A stretch of 42,278 bases of DNA from positions 84,175,780 through 84,218,057 of the forward strand of contig NC_068984.1 of the NCBI RefSeq assembly GCF_001194135.2, given 5' to 3'. Of the stretch, positions 11,371 through 23,720 are shown piece by piece. Every line of letters starts with the position of its first letter. The stretch's first letter is position 1. Under the pieces are notes generated by a model. The model did not search any database, had not been told where the DNA came from, and worked only from the letters and a program-made list of their open reading frames with translations. The stretch comes from Octopus bimaculoides. Lineage: Eukaryota. Made by a program: the position numbers and the translations under genes.

Positions 11371-12129
11371 CTGCATGTTTAAAATGAAACAATTTTAGAT
11401 TTAAAACTTTAAAATAAATGACAATGGTTTTATGTTTGCAAGATATTTGGGGACAGCGCTACCAGATGAAATTTTGGCTCTATAAAAAAAAGAAAATAAC
11501 TTGAGAATATCTAAGTTTAAAATTCCATAAAATATCTACCAAATTATTTTGCTACAAACTACATACGTAATGCCTCAGCTATGGAACAAGATTGAAGAGA
11601 AAATCTAATATAAGTACAATATTATTTATATTGTTCATAAGACAGCTGCCTGATAGATAGATACTTTTAATTGGATTTTTTTTTAGAATTCACACCTAGC
11701 ACTAGCTAATACTAAACTTCTCTTTGTTATTCATAGGGACTTTTTTCACTGTCTCTTCAGCACAAGCTTTTCTTGTTGTCCAAATGAGAAGGTGTTTAGG
11801 ATACGAATAGCTTGTTTAATGTATGTGTCTTGGACTATGTCATGTAACTCCCAATGAAACACCCATCTAGACATAATTGTTATTGTAGTTATGCCTCCAT
11901 CTGAGCTCTGAATGAGGAAGCTTAAGATTAAAAGGTATTCCAGTCATGACCACCTCAATCGATTTTCAGACACTGTGTCAAGAGCCACCTTATCCAAAGT
12001 GTTCTATTTTTGGAGATGTTCCATTCCTGGTTCATCTAGGCTAAGTTCCGTTCTTGGTTAATTGAGTCTCAGAGCTTACCAATACTTAGTAGGTCCCCTT
12101 AATAAGTACCAAAACTAATGGGCACTACG

Positions 12130-12425
12130 TACTATAATTACATTAGTTCTAACTAGTACTATGTAGACACCATACATAGGCTAATACCAGTACTAACTTG
12201 CACTGAAAAAGTTTCATAATTAGTACTAACTAGTACTAAGTAAATATCATAATTAGTACTAACTAGTACTCTGTACCATAATTAGGTTAATACTAGTATT
12301 AACCAGCACTAAGTAGGTTTCATAATGAAGTACCATTATTAACTAGCTCTAAATCAGTACCATTATTAAGAAATTACCAGTACTGCAAGGTACCACAGCT
12401 AGAAAGGTACAAGTACTTATTACCA
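12130..12425. repeat. Diverged minisatellite built from AGTACT/ACTAGT palindromes
   Basis: Repeated tcataattagtactaactagtact units of about 30-35 bp. Confidence 0.7.
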
Positions 12426-12431
12426 GTAAGT

Positions 12432-12700
12432 CATCATCATCATCATCATTATTTAACGTCAGTTTTCTATGATGGTATGGGTAGGACAGTTGGACAAGAA
12501 CTGGCAAGCCAGAGGGCTGTGTCAACTTCTATTGTCAACTTCTATAGCAGGATACCCTTCCTGAAGCAAATAACTTACAGAGTACTGGGTGCTTTTTACG
12601 TGACACCAGTACTGGCAGGGTCACCAAGTAATTTGCAAGACAAAAAAAAGTCCCTTGACTGGTGGTGGTGGTGGTGGTAGGGGAGAGTGCTATTGAGGGA
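12432..12700 (-). mobile_element. SINE family B copy
   Basis: catcatcatcattatttaacgtcagttttctatgatggtatgggtaggac...gcaggatacccttcct...gggtgctttttacgtg, homologous to 34078-34285. Confidence 0.8.
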
Positions 12701-14183
12701 GGTGACTTTGTGCCAGTTGATGAAAGGTTGATGAGATGTCTTGCTGTAGAAGAGATACAAGGGTATGCCAGTTGGAAAAGAAGTGTAAGAAAAAGAGACT
12801 TAGAGAGAAAGATAGAGAATGAGAGAGTGAGAGAAATGGTGGTGGATATGTGTCAGGATACATCTTCAAGATATAGCATGGGTGAATGTAGGTGAAGTGA
12901 TAGGGAGGATTTGGACTGGGGGAATGGACAGCGGGGGGAATATTTCAAAAGAATGCAAGAAGTGATATTTATATAGGATGGCAGTGACTGTAATAATTGA
13001 AGGTGAGAACCATAAAAGTAGCTCAGTGGGAGGGATTATGTTAGATATAAGTAAGTACCATGATTAAAACATAACCAGTACTATTAGATGCTGTAATTAA
13101 GAAGGTATTGGTATTAATTAACAGTAAATAGGTACCATAATTCACAGCTACATGTAGCAACAATAATATTCCAAAAGTGTGGTTTGAAAGTTTGAGGCAC
13201 TGAGCTTATTTCTTGTGAAAGGGAACCCAACTATCTTTAATCCTTTTGATGCTATGTTTCAGTTGAAAAACACTGCTTTGTTGCTGTTAATTTTGAAAAT
13301 AATGGAGAATTTAGTAAAATGACTTGGACATTATTAAGCTGGTGTTTAGAACATAATTTAACATGGAGTTTGGATGGAAAATTTGAATCTAGATCATTTT
13401 AAAACAAGAGATTTGCAGCATAGTGTGTTGGTATTGAAAGGGTGTCTAAATCTGGGAGAGATTTGTTTCATCCACTGAAAATACTCTGTATGTTGGGTAA
13501 TGGCATGGCCATTGGTAGGCATAGATATTTCTGCAACTAGAAAAGCCACCAACGAGAACTTAATATGCTACAAGAACAAGAGAAGGACTATGCAAGAAAG
13601 TAACATATTTCAGGACAGAATCACAGCTAGCCAAATAAATAAAGCATTTAGCTTCTAGCTAATGCATTAATGTTTTGTATTCTGTCACAGGAGTTGTACT
13701 ATATTTCTGGTAAAGTTAGTTAACCCTCAATTGTGTTGTCTTGGTAGCTGTAAATAAATATGTTAGAGAGGTTCAGTTTATGAGAACAGACAGTATAGCA
13801 GTGGAGAATCAACATTATTTCTTTTTATAAGTTCATCAGAGGAGGATAAGCCATTACCATGAACTTTCCAGAATTTCCCAGCCAGAAATAGATTTATATG
13901 GTTACTGTTCTATTTAATCCTCTTAGACCTGGGCCCCTACGTCTAACTTTACTCTCCACCTGGGCTCCCAAGCAAAAAACGAAAATAGTTGCATATAAAG
14001 CTCAAGAGTAACAATTGCAGGCTGCATCTTCTTTTCCTATGTCTGTTGTTCATTACCACTTTACTGGGAATCATGCGGAGATGATGTTTAACCTATTCCC
14101 GCTACAGCAGGAATATGGCGTGACACGGTTAAACAATGGTTGCAGAAAAAGCAAAGGCAGAGAGAGAATTTCAAGATGTTACA

Positions 14184-14233
14184 GTCTGGATAGGAAGGTC
14201 TGGATAGGAAGGTCTGGATAGGAAGGTCTGGAT
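14184..14233. repeat. 14-bp tandem repeat (GTCTGGATAGGAAG) x3.6
   Basis: Three perfect units plus a partial unit. Confidence 0.95.
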
Positions 14234-14584
14234 TAGTGTGAGGGCCAGAGAGGTGAGAGACGTCAAAGGTGATTGGAAAGGGAGAGACAGGTAAGCCTGG
14301 CTAATAGTAGCATAGCTAGGGGATCTGCTTCAAGTTACGTTTTTATAGGGGTAACACTTTGGGTTTATTGTATAAGCCTGTACAGGTTTTGGACAGCAAA
14401 CTCAAACACAGTTCCAAGCTGCACACATTTTAGCTACATCACTGCTGGCTAGTCTAGAGAAACTGGCCATTACAGTAGTGCTAGAAAAAGCAGAGAGAAG
14501 AAACAACAATACCTTGAGCAAAGGATGTTGCATGAATCATAGTAAACAGCTTTCTAGGATGTTTGCACATGTACATGCATGCAT

Positions 14585-14604
14585 GTGTGTGTGTGTGTGT
14601 GTGT

Positions 14605-14676
<72 letters not shown>
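14585..14676. repeat. (TG)n microsatellite
   Basis: Directly visible. Confidence 0.98.
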
Positions 14677-14678
<2 letters not shown>

Positions 14679-15389
14679 ATAGCAGCAGTCACATCTTTTA
14701 TGTGAGTGTTACATGCTATTTGTAAGCAATATTTTGTTAGCTAAACTACTGTAATATATACTTTCTTGGTAGATTAAGTCTTCAACAATATCTCAACACA
14801 CCCAAAATATGTTACAGAACATTACTTTCATTTACAGAACCATTCAACCATAGAAGGAAAAGAAGAAAAAGAAAAAGCAGATGAAAAGAGATTAAAAGAC
14901 TCTCCTCTCTTTGATCAAATAAAGGTGAGACCTTCATCCAATCTAGTTACATTGTTTTGATATTAAGGTATAATTAGCATAAAGTGTTACTAATTAACCA
15001 TACAGCTGTCATGAAAGACATATCGCAATTCTATGTTGGCATGGACAGGACAGGTTTCAAATGGCAGCAGGTGGTTAATAGACTAGATCTCTTCAGTGCA
15101 CGTGACCCTATGGAGTAGTTAGTAATTAGTACGTGTATACACATAAAAATCAACACACAAAGAGGAAAGCATTTGCATGTACAGAAACACAAATACAAAC
15201 ACATGGAAACACAAACACAGCAGAAATGCAAACACATACACATACAAGGACAAATATACATGCAAGAAATAACACACTCACGTACACACACATGTGAACA
15301 CATACACACACACACATGCATGCACAGTGTAGTTAGAGCAGGATATGAAATCAAACATGTTAAACAAGATATTCTTTGTTAAAAAGTGT

Positions 15390-15850
15390 TATGACAACTG
15401 AATGTTGTACTGTGACAGTACCTTCACAATAATTTGTGCATAACAACGAGATGTTGTGTTGCAACAATAACTTCAAACAACATATGCGTGACAACTGAGA
15501 GTTGTGCAGCAATAGTGACTTCACAAGAGAATGTTGTACAGCAGCATTAACTTTGCAACAGATTGTGGTACTGCAACACTGACTTCACAACAATCTGAAT
15601 GTTACAACCGGGTTTGTATTGCATCATAATAGAGTGCTATACCACAACAATAATTTCACTACAGAATGTTGTCTTACAGCACATACTTCACAACAGTATG
15701 TTGTCTTCTAACATTAACTTCACAACAGCATGTTGTACAATAACAATAATTTCACAACAGAATGGTGTATAGCCACAATAACTTTACAGCAAAATACTGA
15801 ATGTAAAAGTGGATGTTGTACTACAATAGTAACTTCACAACAATCTGAAC
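15390..15850. repeat. Diverged 32-bp minisatellite, consensus about ACAACAGAATGTTGTACTACAACAATAACTTC
   Basis: About a dozen degenerate units, clearest at 15659-15790. Confidence 0.85.
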
Positions 15851-17019
15851 AGAAACACAGTTTAAGAGTTTCTATGTAAGCACTTGAATTGCAAGAAATA
15901 ACAACTGAATCTGAGTCACATCATGCTTCTCTTGAAAAAGGGAAAGACATTAAATAATGGTATCCTAGATATAATATATCTAACTAAAAGTGTATCTTTT
16001 ACTCATAGATCTCCTCAGTCAGGCCTGATATGGGCTAAATTATAATAGCTCTGCAATTCCATGCAATAACTAATTTCACTTCTGTCACCAATGTTACTGG
16101 GAAAAGCATGTCATAAGACCCTTTCTATTCAATGTTGTTATTGGTTAGTTTAGTTTAAACAGATCATTGATGTAACACCTTCAAACTGTGATCATTTCAT
16201 CTTTAAGATATGTATCCAGCACTATACTATCCTGGGTACATATATGTCACTTTTCTTTTTGATACCAGTAGGCTGTATATGAGGAAGATTTACCTACTAT
16301 TTCTCACAGGTTGAACAATCATGTAGAGGCTCCAATATTTCTCAGTTCACATCCTATTGTCTTAAATAAAGGAGGGACACATATTGGATAAAGTAGCTTT
16401 GGATATACAAACAGGTGAAATAGTAGAGGCTGGAACATTTTTGATCAAAGTTCTGTTTAACCAGGGATAAATAACTAGAGACTAAACAACACCAACAACA
16501 TTTTGAGCCTTATTGTAAGTCAAAAAGAAAGCGATTTATGTAGCTTAAACTTTTCAGCATCCAGATTACTTTGTCAAATGCAATGCTTATTTATTAACAT
16601 TGTTTTCATCTAATCACACATATACAGCTTTGAGATTTAGCTGATGTGATTGAATATCTTTATGATGATATTGTAGGGAAAGTTTGAGAAGCTGGGTCTG
16701 GCTGGTTTGAACATAAAACAAGTACAATATTTGGGCCAGATATGGCCTGTTTAATTTCTAAAGGGTTAAAGAGGTATGAGATGTAACAAGAATACAGGCT
16801 TCATTTTGTCAATGCTGTAACCTAGTTGAAGCCATTTCACTTCATCATTATTGGGAAAAGAATGAGTCTCACAACAGCACATTTTCTCTCATTGGTAAAA
16901 TATAAGGATTATGTGCTAACTCACAAAAAATCTAAAAAGGTTTATTTTCTGGTTTCCTTTCCTTTATCTGCCTTGATCAATAATTCTTTCTAATTTTGAC
17001 AAAAGGCTAACAATTTTGA

Positions 17020-17205
17020 GGGGAGAAGACAAGTTGATTATATCAACCTCAGTACTTGACTGGTACTTATTTTACTGAGCCTAAAAGGATTAAAAGCAAA
17101 GTCGACCTTGGTGTAATCTGGTGTAATTAGAACTTAGAATGTAGTGTCAGAAGAATTGCTGCAAAACATTTTGTCCAATGTGATAACAATACTGTGAGCA
17201 TGCCT
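17020..17205 (-). mobile_element. SINE family A copy
   Basis: gattatatcaacctcagtacttgactggtacttatttt...aaaaggattaaaagcaaagtcgaccttgg. Confidence 0.8.
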
Positions 17206-17639
17206 TTTTGTTGTGAACAATAATGATGTAATATTCCATTTGTATCTTGCACCACATTTACTCACAGTTGGGACTGAAGCAACTTTATGTGTAGGTGGGG
17301 TGCCTGTATCTGAATGAGAGGTCATTAGACAATCTGATTTATTTACTTTTGTTCCAGAAGAACTAAGACTCCTCTGTCAGTTCTGCATAGATGGAGGCAA
17401 AATGAGACAAACTAGACATTTGTGTGCATAAAGATGTTTGGCATAGATTCTTAGTTATATGAGTTATTACATTATAAATATATTTACATCGCTTTGTTAC
17501 AATATTATTATATTAATGATATTACATTTATAAAACACTGTTATTAACTGAAAAGAACCTCAGACAGATATTGCTGCTGCCTCTAGTGCTGAGAACTGTT
17601 CCATCAATTGAGCTAATAAAGAAGTCACTTAAATGGGCC

Positions 17640-17916
17640 AGAAACAATAGTTAAATTTCCCTGTCATCTTAAAAAAAACCCTTACTAGATACAATTGTTT
17701 AATTTAGTCCTTGACACACGATATCTGAAATAAGAGAAGGGATGGTTGCTGCTGGAATGCTTTTCATCCTAGAATTGCTGAATCAAAGCTCATCTGGGAG
17801 ATTGAAAACAACAATAGAAAGGGAGGATACATTTGATGATGTAGTCCTAGACACATAATATTTGATTATAGGCCTGCTCAATCAGAGCCAATCTGGGACT
17901 AAACAACAGCAACAAC
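17640..17916 (+). mobile_element. Retroposon 3' end with (CAA)n tail (family C), two tandem units; related pieces at about 22190-22430 (+), 29060-29200 (-) and 38410-38530 (-)
   Basis: Shared gtagtcctaga...gctggaatg...gctcaatcagagc...ctgggactaaacaacaac motif. Confidence 0.6.
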
Positions 17917-19194
17917 TATTTCATCAGTTACTGCAAATTTGCTGAATTATCAAAGCCTAGGTTGTTTAGAAGAAAAAGGATAAAATAGTGAAAATTAGCA
18001 GAAACCTAAAGGGCCTTTACGTAAGACAGAAGCAATCATATGTGGTTAATATAACCCAGAGATTGGTAATATTTTAGTTCTGGATTTAAATTAACCAACT
18101 GGAGTCACATTTACTATAGAAACAGTAGGTTCGCTAATATTATTATACCGGACTTTGCAATATCACAACAGCAGCAGTAGCAGCAGCACTATATAGACAA
18201 ATAACTAAAACATCATAGCTCCCTCCCCTCACCCCACGTTTTTTTGTTTGTCCTACCTCCACACTCGTTCCACCACTCACTTCAACAATATCTGTTTCTC
18301 ATTAAGAATCTCTTAAGGATAATTGAATCTGTTACTATGGTACATACAGAAGATTAATAATTAAGAATAGAGGGAGAAAAGAAAAAAGAAAAAAAGAAGT
18401 CTTGCTAGCCATTTATAACATTATTTGTTATATTATTGTTGTTCTTGTTGTGCTTGTTATATTGCTATACCAGGTTTGTAAATTGCTTTAAAGCCAATGA
18501 CTAGAACAGGTTGTTTAGTAGATAAAAAGGTCTTGTTTCCTCTGTTGGATTTTTGTTATTTTGTTTTAAGCTTGGTAAATTTACAGTTGGCCTGTTAGTG
18601 TTGATTGAGTCATTGAGGGAAGGCTGAAATAATTGTAGATGGGAAAGGAGTATTTTAGATAAATGGCTGATGAAATGAAAGAAACTATAACACATCAAAT
18701 ACAACCAGAAGAAAAAAAAGCCCCCCACCTCACCAAAAAAAAACATAGCTGATTCATTGGAGTTCTCTTTCTCTTACACATATGCACACACATGTATGTA
18801 TGTGTAGACTCATGAAAACACACACACACACAACACACATAGATATATGTGTACACATGCATATAACACACACACATACATAGTTATATGATAGGCATTG
18901 TATAGTTCCAGTCAAGCAACTAAGACATCTGCTCAAAGTGCAACTCAGTGGGATTGAACCCTAGTTAGTTGTTGCAAAGCAAACTTCGAAACCACACAGC
19001 TATATTTGTGTCCATATTAGACAATCTAAAGCTAATATGCTTGTTTATATGTTGATATTTCCCTTATATCTAACTAAATTTCTCTGATCTTTTTACCCAT
19101 AGTTCATACTAGTTATCAGCATCAACTGTCAAAAAAAAAAAAAGAAAGAAAGAAAGAGTGGAACTGAAGCTTGAAGTTGTAAAATTTAACTCAC

Positions 19195-19356
19195 AGTGTC
19201 TAAATGGGTTCTCTGATGTTTTGCACGATCTGAAGAATTACTGAAAGCTTTTTGACATTCTGAGAATTGACAAAGGTATGGCTTTTCACCGGTGTGGGAG
19301 CGTAGATGGATTTTCAAATTTTCCAGTCTGGAAAATGCTTTGTTACAACCCTCATA
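19195..19356 (-). CDS. GLIS3: GLIS3-like coding exon 3: zinc fingers 3-4 ([54 protein letters not shown])
   Basis: 162 nt, phase 0-0. Poly-T tract and tttttag acceptor, donor ACT|GTGAGT. Translated by hand; absent from the ORF track. Confidence 0.98.
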
Positions 19357-19389
19357 CTAAAAACAAAAAAAAAAAAAAANNNNNNNNNN

Positions 19390-19420
<31 letters not shown>

Positions 19421-19819
19421 TATAAAAATATGTAAAAACAATATATACAGAAACAAACCTGTAAAAAGAGAGAGAAAAAAAAAATTCTTAAAGATCATTT
19501 TCTTTTTCATTGATTAAAATAGTGTCATTGATCATAGTTGTTCAACAGCTTTCTCACCATGTGGGGGTTTAAAATAGCAAAAAGACTCTATGAAGTCTAG
19601 TGAGATGATGTACTAAATAATTAAAATTACTTTAAAGAAAGCTCACCCCTGGAAGATCCATTCTATATATAGAATACTATTATAGAGGCCATGTATACTT
19701 TTATGGAAGTTTAGTATTTGAATTATTTATTCGATGAAGCCTCAACAAAACTTGTCTTTTTATTTTATTCATCTATTATAATTCCATTCACATCTCAAAT
19801 GTATTGTAATAATGTAAAA

Positions 19820-19960
19820 CTGACCCTACTGTCTGATAGATATGTTTTTGACACCAGAAGGATGGAAAGCTAAAGCTGACTTTGATGAGGTTTAAACTCA
19901 GAAAGTAAGAAGTTGAAGCTAAGCATTGCAAGACAAACTTTATTTAGCACTATTGATTCT
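19820..19960 (-). mobile_element. SINE family A copy (decayed)
   Basis: gaaggatggaaagctaaagctgactttgatgaggtttaaactcagaa. Confidence 0.65.
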
Positions 19961-20090
19961 GTCACTCCTCAAGCTTACATAATGTTTTTTAAATCTAAAA
20001 GAGTCTTAAAGAAAAAAGATGGTAGGACTCCCTCCTTCACTAATTAAATTTTCATTCACAAACATCATATATATATATATATATATATAT

Positions 20091-21353
20091 AGGAATCTAA
20101 TGCTATTAGCTTAGTTTTTCCTTGGGGCTGGCCAGATTGGAGCAATCTCAAGTATAACCAGCCGAAATTGCAAAGATAATCTGGAACTCGACTGAAGAAA
20201 GAATACTCTGAATGACTCGGCCTTGTTTTCTTTGTATTGTCTTTCTGGATGTTTTGTTGTCCCTTTTTTGTATCACCTAACTGTCTGAATGTTTTGCGTT
20301 CTTGTCCCATTTTGTATTTTTTATATATAAAACATATAGTGGCGTACATACACTTTGGTCTCTTATAAGTAAGTATATATTTATCTAAATCTTGTACGAC
20401 TCTATTCTTTCTTTTATTCTTTCCTTCTCCCTTTCACACTTACTTCGTTCATTCCATTCCTCGTTCTTTATATATATTCGTTCCCCCTCTCTCACATTTC
20501 CTTGCCTTCTCTTCATGCTCAATTTCCCTCCTCTTTTCACTTCCCTGTGTCCCTGTCATTTTTTCTCACCCCTCCTAATTTCTTTTGTCCTTCTGCCTCT
20601 ACCTCTTTCTCTTCTCTCCCCATATGACTGGTGTTCGGCCAAGCCTGACCTTTCTTTCTTGGTTCGGCCGCCATCCATGCAACATCTATATTCCTCCCTG
20701 TGCCCGTGAAATCTTGTATCCCTGCCGTAAGGCTTTACTTCCACACACGCCAGCTTAATTTAATTCGTCCTTAGTTGAAAGACACATGTTATTATGTCCT
20801 GTTATTTGTATTTGCGTAACATTCTCCATTTTTTTCTGTCCTTGTCTTCATATACATTCACTGCTTTCTTCCAAGGAATCTAATGCTCTTAGCTTAGTNN
20901 NNNNNNNNNNNNNNNNNNNNNNNNNNNNNNNNNNNNNNNNNNNNNNNNNNNNNNNNNNNNNNNNNNNNNNNNNNNNNNNNNNNNNNNNNNNNNNNNNNNN
21001 NNNNNNNNNNNNNNNNNNNNNNNNNNNNNNNNNNNNNNNNNNNNNNNNNNNNNNNNNNNNNNNNNNNNNNNNNNNNNNNNNNNNNNNNNNNNNNNNNNNN
21101 NNNNNNNNNNNNNNNNNNNNNNNNNNNNNNNNNNNNNNNNNNNNNNNNNNNNNNNNNNNNNNNNNNNNNNNNNNNNNNNNNNNNNNNNNNNNNNNNNNNN
21201 NNNNNNNNNNNNNNNNNNNNNNNNNNNNNNNNNNNNNNNNNNNNNNNNNNNNNNNNNNNNNNNNNNNNNNNNNNNNNNNNNNNNNNNNNNNNNNNNNNNN
21301 NNNNNNNNNNNNNNNNNNNNNNNNNNNNNNNNNNNNNNNNNNNNNNNNNNNNN
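20091..21353. mobile_element. Unclassified CpG-retaining insertion within a (TA)n tract, partly in a gap
   Basis: 25-bp direct repeat aggaatctaatgct(a/c)ttagcttagt at 20091-20115 and 20874-20898. (TA)n lies on both sides (20068-20090, and from 21354). Confidence 0.55.
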
Positions 21354-21385
<32 letters not shown>

Positions 21386-22348
21386 AGATAGATAGATATA
21401 TATATATATACATATATGCCATTCATTAAGCTCATATCTCATATATTGTTCTCATGCTTTGCAGTGGCTTTTGTGACCTGTTTTTAGCATGAAGGTTTTC
21501 ATTTTCTAAGGGCATTCAGTTTGATTGCGATTGAAACAGCATTAGATCAAAATAGCCATCTGTGTATCATACTAAATGTATATACACTATAGAAAGGTCT
21601 ACTGCCATAGTTTTTGTCTGTTCACTAAGTTTCTTTTTCCAGCCCGGCTGCAGTATCAGTGAATGTGTTATTTACTGTTTCTTATATATCGAAGTACAAA
21701 TATCATTCAGATATGTGACAAATGAATACACATTATGGACAAGCCTCAAGAATGGTGAAACACATCTAACATTCCCATGAATCACTGTTACAACAATATT
21801 CATTTCACTTTGATATATATTGTGTTTTTAACAGTATGTCTATGAAGAGATTTTCTCTCAAACAAAAACCACAAGAGCAAGCCTTTCTATGCTGTATAAA
21901 CATTTAGTATGATACACAGATGCCACAGAGACCATTATTTCTCTATGTCCTTTGTTGTTTTGGTTAAGGCACAAGGAAGACAAATATTGGTTAGACTAGG
22001 ACATAGGACAATTTTGGAAAAGAAGGTATAAAGTGAACTGAAATACTGCTATATAATTACTTCCACTAACATTATTGTTCCTAAACAGATGAAAAGCAGA
22101 GTGACTTGAAATTTGAAGATCAAACATATAAAAAAAAAAATAATAAACACCATGATTCAGTGAGGGAGATTCTCTGGGGTTGCTATCTGTGAGAGAAACA
22201 ACAATCAAATCTACCTTAAATTACACTACCTTTTTGAAAAGGAAGGGAAATGTAGTCCTAGATGCAGCACCTGAGAGAAGGATGAGATGGTTATAGCTAG
22301 AATGTCTTGGATTGTAGATTTACTCAGTCAGGGCTAGCTTGGTGTTAC

Positions 22349-22390
22349 AACAACAACAACAACAACAGCAACAGCAGCAGCAGCAACAGC

Positions 22391-22431
<41 letters not shown>
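22349..22431. repeat. (CAA/CAG)n microsatellite
   Basis: Directly visible. Confidence 0.95.
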
Positions 22432-22556
22432 AACACTATGAGAGATAGTATCATGCACTGTTATTTGTGTTATCTAAAGACCCTACATCAAGAATCAATA
22501 CTAATTTGTTTCATGTGACAAGTCAGTAGATTAATTAGCCAGCCAGCTAAAATGTA

Positions 22557-22735
22557 GGTGGCATGGCTATATGGTAATGATGTTTGTTTTACACCAATAT
22601 GGTGCCTGGTTCAATCCCTTAGTCTTGTGCCTTGAGCCAGTGTCTGTTACTATAGCTTGGATTGACCAAACCCTTGAATGGAATTTGGTAGCTGGAAACT
22701 GTATGAAAGCTACTTAGACTATTCTTGTTCTTTGG
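22557..22735 (+). mobile_element. tRNA-derived SINE (family D), decayed; reverse copies at about 18890-19005 and 28830-28975
   Basis: A-box-like gtggcatggctatatggt, B-box ggttcaatccc, then ccttgagccagtgtctgttactatagc...gaatttggtag. Confidence 0.65.
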
Positions 22736-22761
22736 CAGTAGACTTAATCCATTGCCTAGTT

Positions 22762-23057
22762 CAAGGGTTTTCAAACTGTGGTCCACGGACCACAGGGGGT
22801 CCGCAAGGACAAGACAGGTGGTCCGTAGACAGCAAATACTTTTTATGGGCAATTTGATTTTATATATGTTTTTTATCGAAATCTTTTAATTGACAATAAA
22901 CCTATTTGTTAAATACTGTTAAATAAATAAATGCAAAAATATATGTTATTTTAAGCAAATATTTATGCATAAATTTCATAAGCGTTTATAACGGGGTCCC
23001 TAAGGTAAAGCCTGAAATATAAAGGGGTCCGCAAGTCAAAAAGTTTGAAAACCCCTG
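22762..23057. mobile_element. hAT-superfamily MITE, 296 bp
   Basis: TIRs CAAGGGTTTTCAAACT and AGTTTGAAAACCCCTG (1 mismatch). Perfect 8-bp TSD GCCTAGTT at 22754-22761 and 23058-23065. Confidence 0.92.
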
Positions 23058-23354
23058 GCCTAGTTTAATACAGTCACCTGACCAGTAAACTCTGCTTCAG
23101 CAGAATCCACAACTCTGTTACAAGTATATGAGCCAGGTCTCTGGTTTGAGGATAACATTCTCCTTTCCTCCCTCCAGTCTCAGAAATCCAAGTAAAGATC
23201 ATGGGTGTTTTTCTTCCTCCTCTGATTAAGTCAGAAAGGAAACAGTGCCTTCTACCACAGTCACAAGTGGAATTTGGTAGACAGAAACAGTGTGGAAGTC
23301 CGTCATAGAAATTTTTAGCTAAGAGCAATCCACTCTACCTCATATTCATTTACT

Positions 23355-23720
23355 TGGAGAAGATTTTTCCCAGTGTCCCATGATCTGGGAGTTGTTAAGA
23401 GAATGGGTTGTAGATTAATGGCTTGTAAGAGCTATACATGTCATTTACATGGGTGTTGTCAATAAGGCAAGCATTACCAACAAGTTCTGTAAGGAATTTA
23501 AAATGCAGATATATTGCATATCAGGGTTTGATTTTCAGCCCCTTTTTCTTTATTGTAGTTCCCCAGAGGTATTCAAGACTAGCTATCCATGTGAACTGCT
23601 GTATGGTAACAACTTAGTTCTTGTTGCTAATTGGTTGAAATATGAGAGGAAAAGTTCCAAACAGGGAAGCAGAGCTGAGAATCAAGAGGCCTAAAAGTAA
23701 ACAATGTAAAGGTCTCAGCA
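23355..23720 (+). mobile_element. Decayed RTE-clade reverse transcriptase fragment
   Basis: LEK...WLVRAIHVIY..., frameshifted QGLIFSPFFFIVV (QGSVLSPLLFIIV-like), and FKTSYPCELLYGNNLVLVA (FKTGCPWELLYADDLVLIA-like, catalytic YADD lost). Confidence 0.75.

Noticed and set aside
13220-13430. Possible piggyBac-type MITE ends (ttaatcctttt here, aaagggttaa at about 16760)
   Set aside because: They look repeat-derived, but I could not pair TIRs with a TTAA TSD, so I did not call a feature.
15390-15850. CRISPR-like periodicity of about 32 bp with internal palindromes (also the 36-bp array at 38105)
   Set aside because: Units are contiguous and degenerate with no unique spacers, there are no cas genes, and the context is eukaryotic.
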